From: Lama glama
Taxonomy: Eukaryota
Length of the DNA: 64,000 nt
NCBI GenBank assembly: GCA_028534125.1
Contig: CM052832.1
Location: 23,996,001-24,060,000, forward strand
Reading direction: 5' to 3'
Each line of letters opens with the position of its first letter. The first letter of the stretch is position 1. Made by a program: the position numbers and the translations under genes. Shown here piece by piece: positions 55,860 to 64,000 of the stretch. The notes beneath the pieces were generated by a model. That model ran no database searches, was not told the origin of the DNA, and saw only the letters and a list, made by a program, of their open reading frames with translations.

Positions 55860-56680
55860 TTCCTTAATCATCAGAGAAATGCAAATCAAGACTACAGTAA
55901 GATATTACCCCACACCTGTCAGAATGGCTATCATCAAAAAGAACAAAAATAACAATGTTGGTGAAGATGTGGAGAAAAGGGAACCCTCCTACACTGTTGG
56001 TGAGAATGTACATTGGTGCAGCCACTATGGAAAACAGTATCGAGTTTCCTCAGAAAACTAAAACTAGAGCTACCATTTGATCCAGCAATTCCACTCCTGG
56101 GTATGTATCCGAAAAAAACAAAAACACTAATTCAAAAAGATACGTGCAGCCCAATGTTCACAATAGTGCCTTTTACAATTGTCAAGATATGGAAACAACC
56201 TCAGTGTCCAACAAACGAATGGATAAAGAAGATGTGGTATATATGCATGACGGAATACTACTCAGCCAAGAAAAAGAACGAAATCTTGCCATTTGCAACA
56301 ACATAGATGGACTTGGAGGGCATTGCGCTAAATGAAGTAAGTCAGACAGGAAAAGACAAATACTGTATGTTATCACTTATATGTAGAATCTAAAAAATAC
56401 AACAAACTAGTGAATATAACAAAGAAGAAGCAGATTCACAGATCTAGAGAACAAACTAGTGGTTACCAGTGAGGAGAGGGAAGGGGGAGGGGGAATGTAA
56501 AGGTAGGAGAGTTAGAGGTACAAACTATTAGATATAAAATAAGCTACAAGGATATATTGTACAACACAGGGAATATAGCCAATATTTTATAATAACTACA
56601 AATAGGGTATAGCCTTTCAAAATTGTGAATCACTATATTGTACACCTATAACTTATATAATATTGTACAGAAACTATACT
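55860..56680 (+). mobile_element. L1 ORF2 C-terminus and 3' UTR
   Basis: Track ORFs give SLIIREMQIKTTVRY and LVQPLWKTV...[11 protein letters not shown] (ORF2p cysteine-rich region), frameshifted. Confidence 0.92.
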
Positions 56681-56924
56681 GTAGTAGGACAAAAACCCAA
56701 TAACATGATCTTTGGATAAACTCCAAAATATTTGGAAATTAAAAAACATTTTCCTATACAATCCATGAGTCAAAAAAGCCATCACATAACTGAAGGGATC
56801 CTGACATCTGGTTTCTTTTCCCAGTTCTTTGGGAAATTAAAACAACAGTGAATATCATGGTAGTATTTCGGGGGAATTATAAATAATAGTAATTACTTAT
56901 AACAGTAATTGGGGAATGTTTCAT

Positions 56925-57497
56925 TTTTCTACAATTTCATAACAAATCTTTACAAATTTAGTAACTTAAAAAACAACATACATTTATTATCTTATGGTTT
57001 TCATGGATCAGGAGTCCAGACATGGCTTAGCTGAGTCTTCTGTTGAGGATCTCACAAGCTGTAATAAAGGTGCTGCCTGGGGTCTCATCTGGGACTCAGG
57101 ATCCTTTTCCAAGCTCATGTGGTTATTGGCAGAATTCATTTCCTTGCAGCTGTGGAACTCACTGAGGTTTGCTTCTCCAAGGCTAACAGTAGAGGCTCTC
57201 TGCTGATTTTTTTCTTTTAAATCTCTGATCTCTAGATCCGCCTTTAAAGGGATCACCTGATTTGGTCAGGCCCACCCTGGATAATCTCCTTTTGATTAAC
57301 TCAAAATCAACTAATGTGGAACCTTAACTATATCTGCAAATGCCTTCATCTTTGCCATATAATGTAACCTAACCATGACTGTGACACCCCATCATCATCC
57401 CAGGGTCCCCCCACATTCAAGGAGATGCGATTATACATGGGGCATACACTAGGATCCTGGCATATTTGGGGTCATCTTAGAGTTCTGTATGCCCCAG
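56925..57497 (-). mobile_element. MaLR LTR (MLT1-type)
   Basis: atcaggagtccagacatggcttagctgagtc...gtcaggcccaccctggataatctc. Confidence 0.75.
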
Positions 57498-57689
57498 GCA
57501 GACAGGAGGAAATGAGCATAGGAAAAGATGATTTGTGAATTATTTGCTATTCATAATCTCTTCTCTAAGTGAGTAAACATTGCTCCTGGATGCAAACATT
57601 TAGCTTTGATTGGCTTTGTGTTATTTTTTCCCTCAAGATCATTCATAAGGTTTTGAATAACCTTAAGAATAATTATAGTAATGATAACA

Positions 57690-57920
57690 GCTACTGTTTC
57701 TTGAGTGCCTAAATTGTGCCTGGTATTTTGTACAGTATTGTACAGATAATATCACATTAGAGCTCCCCAACCAGTGTGTGAGGTGGGTATTATTGAGCCC
57801 CTCTTGCAGATGATGGGAAAATCCTGAGACTTAGAAATTTTAAGTAACTTGCCTACCGTAACACAGCCAGTAAGGAAGGAGTCAAGATTCAGAACCAGGG
57901 CTGTTTGATTCTAAATCCAG
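57690..57920 (-). mobile_element. MIR
   Basis: gtgaggtgggtattattgagcccc...taagtaacttgcc...cacagccagtaag. Confidence 0.7.
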
Positions 57921-58754
57921 CGCTACAGACAAAAAAAAAAAAGGGGGGGGGGAATGCAGATAAAACTGTGATTCCACTGCTAGTTCTGCTTTGTGAATAG
58001 CCAGTCATTTCTTCTTGAATTGTTTCCATTAATGATAAATGCAGCCATCCTTAGCTTTGGGGAAACGCTCTATCTGTTGGAAAGAACATTCAGCAAAGAC
58101 TACTACTATATATATATTTCAACTCTGCCAAAGTATGTTTCATCAGTTAAAAACATCACTCCCCAGATCCACCTTTCCCCTACTTCATCTCAAAGTCTAC
58201 AAGAAGGTACAATTGTGACTAGCTGAATTGTATCTCACGGGTAAGGTTCTGCTTTAGAGAGTGAAAAATGTGTTCGGAAACTTGAAAACACGTATACAAG
58301 TGGTGCTCCCGTAGAATGCAATGATTATATGTAATTATTATACATAACTTTGCATGTCTGATTGTTGGTGGTGCTTCTTATTTTATACATTTGAAAATAA
58401 TTTTGCTGCCTGAACATCTAAGTCCCATGGGAAAGCTAGCTCCTACTGGACTGAATATTGTTCTCTAAAATGGGGGTTCCCGATCATGTGTCTGAAACCA
58501 AACGGCTAGTTAATTTGGTGCCCCGGGACAATGCCTCGAGAGGGCACAAACGTCTTCCGGGGGAGATACAGCAATAGTCCTTAAGGAAAAAAATGCAGGT
58601 GGAGTGGACACAGAAGCTTTCGTGAAGCAAATGCTGTCACGCCTTTTGTCTCTAGTTTCACACGGAGAGAGGCTAATACCATGATCTCCAGGGGGAAATC
58701 TGGGAACCTCTGCTTAAACAGCATCTTCCAACGTGCGGGACTAAGTAATTAACA

Positions 58755-58773
58755 TCGCCACCAGGGGGCAATA
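58755..58773 (+). promoter_or_regulatory. CTCF core motif
   Basis: TCGCCACCAGGGGGCAATA. Confidence 0.7.
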
Positions 58774-59267
58774 ATACCACAGCGATGCTGGAATAGTAAT
58801 AAGCTTGCCTTTACTGTGTCCAAATCATCTACGAGGATAATCTTAGGTGAACGGATTTTGTGCTACTCATGGTCTACAATGCAATTAAGAACCAATGCAC
58901 TAATTACATTTCTCTTTTAAAGTAACAGTAATAATCAGCCTATGCAGCTGGGCAGTCCCGTTGGGCAGACCCTGTGGGGTAAACTGTTATTTCCTTCTGC
59001 TATCTTCCCCCATAGAAAGAAATCTTAGCCTTAAAAGGGATTATGATGGGAATCCCAGGATGGGGGGTGGGGTGGGCGTGGACAGGAGCACGAAAGCTCC
59101 CAGAAAGGGAAACTGAAGCCCAGAAACATGAAAAGTGGGTCCTCCAGCATTATCCTCCCAGAAACAGGACTCGGAGCCCGGAGATCTCAAGTCCCATCAG
59201 GGAATCCCACAAGACTGTGCAGCCTTCTCAGTGAGGAAAGGGGCACCATCTCCTTCGTGTACCCTCA

Positions 59268-60505
59268 ACATTTAACAGGCTGAGTTCCTAATATGCGCAA
59301 GGCACTGGGATATACTGGAGGGAATAACAACAACAACAACAATAATAGTACAGACATGATCCCTGCCCCCCAGGGATTCAGGGTCCTGCGGGGATACAGA
59401 TGATGAGTTAATGATGAGACAAATATTTAGTCACAAACTGTATTTAATGATATAAGGGAAAGTAGAAACTGACACTTAACCTGAGGCTTGAGGGAAGAGA
59501 CAAAGAAAAAAACCTGGGGAAGAGTATTCCAGGCTGACAGCAAGGTACACTGGACTAGAGAGAGAGGCTGGAGAAATGCAGGTGAATGCAAAGTGCCCTC
59601 TAGGCCATGTCAAGGGTTTGGGGTTTCATCCTCTGTGCAATAATAGTAAGTGTTAAGGGTTTTGTGCAGAGGATTGATATGGATCCAATTATATTTTTGT
59701 GAGATCAGTCTGGTTTCTATTTGGAGAAAAATTGGAAAGGGAACAAGAGTCAAAGGGAACAAAGTCAACCATGAGGCAGCTCTTCGAGTTGCCAGGAGAT
59801 AAACAATGGATGCTTAGTAGTGAAGACAGAGACATGTAAGCAGAGTCCCCAAGTAATTTAAGTGAGACTAGATAAGACCTGCTGTTGTATTGGACGTTAG
59901 GGTTAAGGGGGAATAAGGCATCAAGGATGACCTCCTCCCTACCCCCCACCCCCTCAGATATTGGGAACATGATGGGGGATGGGGGATGTTTACTGAATTG
60001 GGGATGGCAGGAAGAAAAACAGAGATCAAGCATTTGGTTTTAGACCTGACAGCCCAGGAGGTCAGGAAGACATCCTCAGAAGGAAAGTGGATTCTAGAGA
60101 TTCACTTTGGGGGGATAATCAGCATAAACCCTGAGAGCAGGTGAGATTGCCTAGGAAAACGGTAGGAAGAGAAGAGGACCAAAAAGTGACCCCAGGAGGA
60201 CACCAGGCAGGAGATGGCTTCATGCACAAGCGACTCTGAAGGAGCTGCCAGGTCTTAAGGAAAAACCAGGAGAATGTGGTACCATGGAAGCAAGAAAAGA
60301 GGATCTTTCAAGAAGGCAGGAGTAATCCACTGTGTCAGATGCTTCCAAATGATTACTACGTGAGATAATTCTGAAAGGAGAGTTGGATTATGGAATAATC
60401 CATATGGAAAGCAATATGGAAGCCATTGGTTACCTTCTAGAGCACACTTGCATTTGAGTCATGGAAACGGAAGCCAGATTAGAGGGTTTGAAGAGGAAAT
60501 GGGTG
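59268..60505 (-). mobile_element. LINE-2 fragments
   Basis: gcaaggcactgggatatac; taggccatgtcaagggtttggg; ggagaatgtggtaccatggaagc. Confidence 0.7.
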
Positions 60506-60514
60506 TGCAATATT

Positions 60515-60745
60515 CACAACCAATCAGGGAGGGATAAAGGAGGAGTCTGGGATTAGCAGATGTAAACTACTATATATAAAAATAGATAAACAACAAGGTC
60601 CTACTGTACAGCACAGGGAACTATATTCAATATCTTACAATAACCTATAATGAAAAGAATACATATATGTGTAACAGAATCACCATGCTGTACACAAGAA
60701 ACTAGCACCACATTGAAAATCAACTATACTTCAATTACAAAATAA
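60515..60745 (+). mobile_element. Artiodactyl-type L1 3' end
   Basis: gataaacaacaaggtcctactgtacagcacagggaactatattcaatatc. Confidence 0.85.
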
Positions 60746-60769
60746 GTTTTAAAAATTCAAACGCGGTTT

Positions 60770-61465
60770 AGGGATTTAAGTGTGAAAGGAGAAACTGAAA
60801 CTTTTAGAAGAAAATGTGGAAGAATATTTTCATGATTTTAGAAGAAGCAGCAATTTTTTGAGCAATACTCAAAAAGGATAAATCATAAAAAGGCAGGACT
60901 GATAATTTTGACTATTTTGATATTAAGTTAATATTAAAAACTTCTGTTTCATAAAGAATGTTAAAAAAAAAAGTTGCATGCCTGTGAACCTCCTATTTCA
61001 CATCTAGAAATATAGAGAAAATCTTGCCCAAATGCCCAGAGATGAGCATAAGAATGTTCATAGTGATGTCATTTATAATAGCAAAAACCTAGAAACAACT
61101 CAGATGACCACTTTCAAAAGAACTGACATATAAATGGTGGTATATTTATTGAATGGAACATTATACAACATACAATGAAAGTGATTGAACTCCGTGGGTG
61201 TTTCTCACACACATAATATTGAGCAAAAAATTTGATGTGCAGAAGATTATGTAGTGTGTCCAGTTACACAAAGTTCAAGAGTATCACTTAGAAATACGAA
61301 TATGAGTATCCAGAGAAAAGGTAAAGGAATTGGAAGTGTTTGCCCTTGGTCAGCCGACTTGGGCATAGGGAATAGGGCAGACTACATTTTTCAATATATT
61401 TGGTAGTAACAGTTGAATTTTTAAAACTATGTACATGTATTATTTCCATGAAAAATGTAAAAAAA
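60770..61465 (+). mobile_element. Old L1 (L1ME-like) fragment
   Basis: aagaatgttcatagtgatgtcatttataatagcaaaaacctagaaacaac. Confidence 0.6.
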
Positions 61466-63677
61466 TCTTTTGAAGTGAGGAAACGGAGACTACCATGGGC
61501 AGCTCTGAACAGCTTTGGTTCTGAGTAGAAATAGAAGAGGATAGTTAGCCGTCACGGGAGATGGAATCAAGGAACAGTTGTTTGTTTTGGCTGCTTTTTT
61601 TCAGATCAAACTTATTTGATATCAGGTGAAGAAGCCATTCAAGAAGGAGAGGTCAAGGATGCAGATGAGTAGGAAGATAACCCAGAGTACCGTCCTGAAA
61701 AGGCATGAGGAGGTAGGGACCAAATCCCTTTGATGAGACGGTAGATGCTTTGTACGTGATAACAGGAAGGATGCAGGAGAGGACTGACACAGACATGGGT
61801 AGGTTGGTGGGTGGTGCTGGGTAGAGGGGATATGAGAAACTTCCTATTGGATGGGCTCACTTTTCTCTTTTTGGGGAAAAGAGATCATTGAGAAGAGGTC
61901 ATTGGCTCAGAAGGAATTGCTAGGGAGAGGAAACGAGAACTTTGAGAGTGAGGACGTTACAAAACTGTCATTGTAGAGCTGGGCCGTGTCATGTGTCCAC
62001 TCGAAGCTGGGAATCTTGAGTTTATGTTGATATCAATTCACTCATTTGTGTAACCCCTTTAGCCAGAACTTTCAAACTTAGGGAGTATGTACCCCTCCCC
62101 CCGAGACAGACAGCCATGTGCCACCGTGGCTACTCAAGGCCATAGGATAAACATGGCACAACTATTGGAAGGTAAATTTACATGACAATAATTAATTTAA
62201 TGCATTTTTTTTAAAACCCAAGAACACCTATAAAATGGATTAGAACACAAAGTTTGCAAACATATTTTTATAGTAAATCAGAGTTATTTTAAATGGGATA
62301 TGATTACAAGAAGTTGCTCTAGGCTCTCCCTCAAATTCCTGGGTAAGTGAAGTGCTTGCTCCCCTTTGCAGATAGGGGTGCCTGCGTGAAAAAGTTTGGG
62401 AACTACTGACTTAGGCTGTAGTGGGTGTGGAGATTAGGAACGGTTATTTTTGAACTCCAAAGCATGTGATTCTTCTACCTTCCCACCTACATCTATAGAT
62501 TGCTCTTCAAGACCGTTTATTTCTGTGTTAGAATGTTCTGTTAAACTGTGTCCCAAGTGATGCATACAACAATCCTGTATTTCTTTTATTTAACAGACAA
62601 TTGTGTATGTGGTTCTGGAATGCTGACTATAAATAGAATTTTATTAAAACCCGTGGCAATCTCTGCTTGCCATTTGGTGGGTGGACCACTCAGCTGTTCC
62701 AGGCCTCTCGGTAAAATTCAGAGCTGTACAAACTGGGCTCAACATTGTACTAATTCTGGACTCTGTTCAGGGAAATACTTTCGCATCTACAGCATTCTCA
62801 CTGTTTGACAGATGAGTAGAAGGAGTCACAGAGGTGTTGCTTGAAATCCTAAAACTCACAAGCAGAAGCTGGTAGTTTCCTATTCTGTCAGAGTAAACGG
62901 TGCTACTATTTTTGGTTCGGTGTTCTTTTCCATTTCTGGCTATCTGTGATCAGAGAGAGACAAATTCTACTTTGTTTCTAAGATACTCTCTGATCTCTTT
63001 CAGGCAACTCACAGGCCATGTATTGTCACTGAGACTCTCACACAGTAAGGTCCTTGGGGGGTGGTGGCAGGTAAGGGATTATGTGATAAAGCCAGTGTAA
63101 CAAAATACATAGAAAATATTACCTCAGACTCTGTGCCAGGAATTACAATGAAGTCTGTGGACTTCGCCCTTCTTTAATAACTTGTCAAAACCTGTTATCT
63201 CCTTAATGTTATGCCCTTTGCAAAGAGCCAGAGGTGAATAAGTCTCACTGGTAATGAGTAGCATTTATTGGAAAAGCATGTAAAGAGTGTTTGAAGGGGT
63301 AAAAATTATTTTAAGCGTCTAGGAAAACCCAAAATTCTATCTATATGCTAAAAAGGCTAATATGATAATGGAGTCTAATAATATAGTTGTAATCAGATTA
63401 GGGAGAAATTTGCCACTGACAGGAGATGCGAGACTGGGAGCCAGTGCCTTTGTCATCCTAGGAAGGGGCTTGGTTTTATGGGTACAAGAGAGGTGCACCC
63501 ATTCCCTGCAGTGACTGAGAAGCTAGAAAAAAAAAGCAAATTAGGAGATTGTTATAGATACAGCCAGAATTTTCCATCGTTTATTACAACAATGGGGCAG
63601 TGGAGGGGTTTGCTTTACAATGCAGGGCATCTGGATGGAAAGTTACCAAACTCCATCCAGACATGGATCTGCCTCTC

Positions 63678-64000
63678 TGTGGCAGGTGGACTCTAAGATG
63701 CACCCCTCCCTCAATTCCTACCTTCTAATAGACATGCTTTTGTGTAATATTCTCTCCTTGAGTGTGGGCTAGCCTAGTAACTTGCTCCAATCAACGCAAT
63801 CCATCCAAATGATGGGTGTCGCTTCTGGATTAAACTATGTAAGACTGTAACTTCCAGGTTGTAGCAGACCCTCTCCATCGCTGGCTATGATGAAGCAAGC
63901 AGCTGTGTTGGAGCAGCTCACGTGGCCTCAGGAACTCAAGACAGCCTTTGGCCAACAGTCGGCAAGGAACTGAGGCCCTCAGACCAACAGCCTGCAAGGA
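63678..64000 (+). mobile_element. MaLR LTR (MLT1-type), cut by the window end
   Basis: ctccttgagtgtgggctagcctagtaacttgct; caaggaactgaggccctcagaccaacagcctgcaagga. Confidence 0.78.

Overview
This is mammalian genomic DNA, not prokaryotic, and probably from a camelid: it has two tRNA-derived SINEs resembling the camelid vic-1 type plus many artiodactyl-type L1 3' ends. There are two 500-N scaffold gaps. The only protein-coding gene I can support is STMND1 (stathmin domain-containing 1) on the minus strand. Four coding exons (40917-40737, 36987-36836, 30455-30324, 29636-29352) splice into one open 750-nt frame (249 aa plus stop). The first coding exon is not visible and may lie in the 44966-45465 gap. 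The rest is interspersed repeat (L1, L2, MIR, MaLR/ERV LTRs, hAT MITEs) and unique non-coding DNA. Nearly all other ORFs in the supplied track are spurious or repeat-derived. I found no new multi-gene system. The most interesting signals are: (1) an apparent L1 3' transduction bounded by a perfect 14-bp target-site duplication; (2) a GC-AG intron followed by an exon that rebuilds a splice donor; (3) four strong CTCF motifs arranged divergently around the gene; (4) inverted SINEs flanking one exon; (5) an old ~280-bp duplication shared by the last intron and the 3' UTR. Repeat family names are by eye and their boundaries are approximate.
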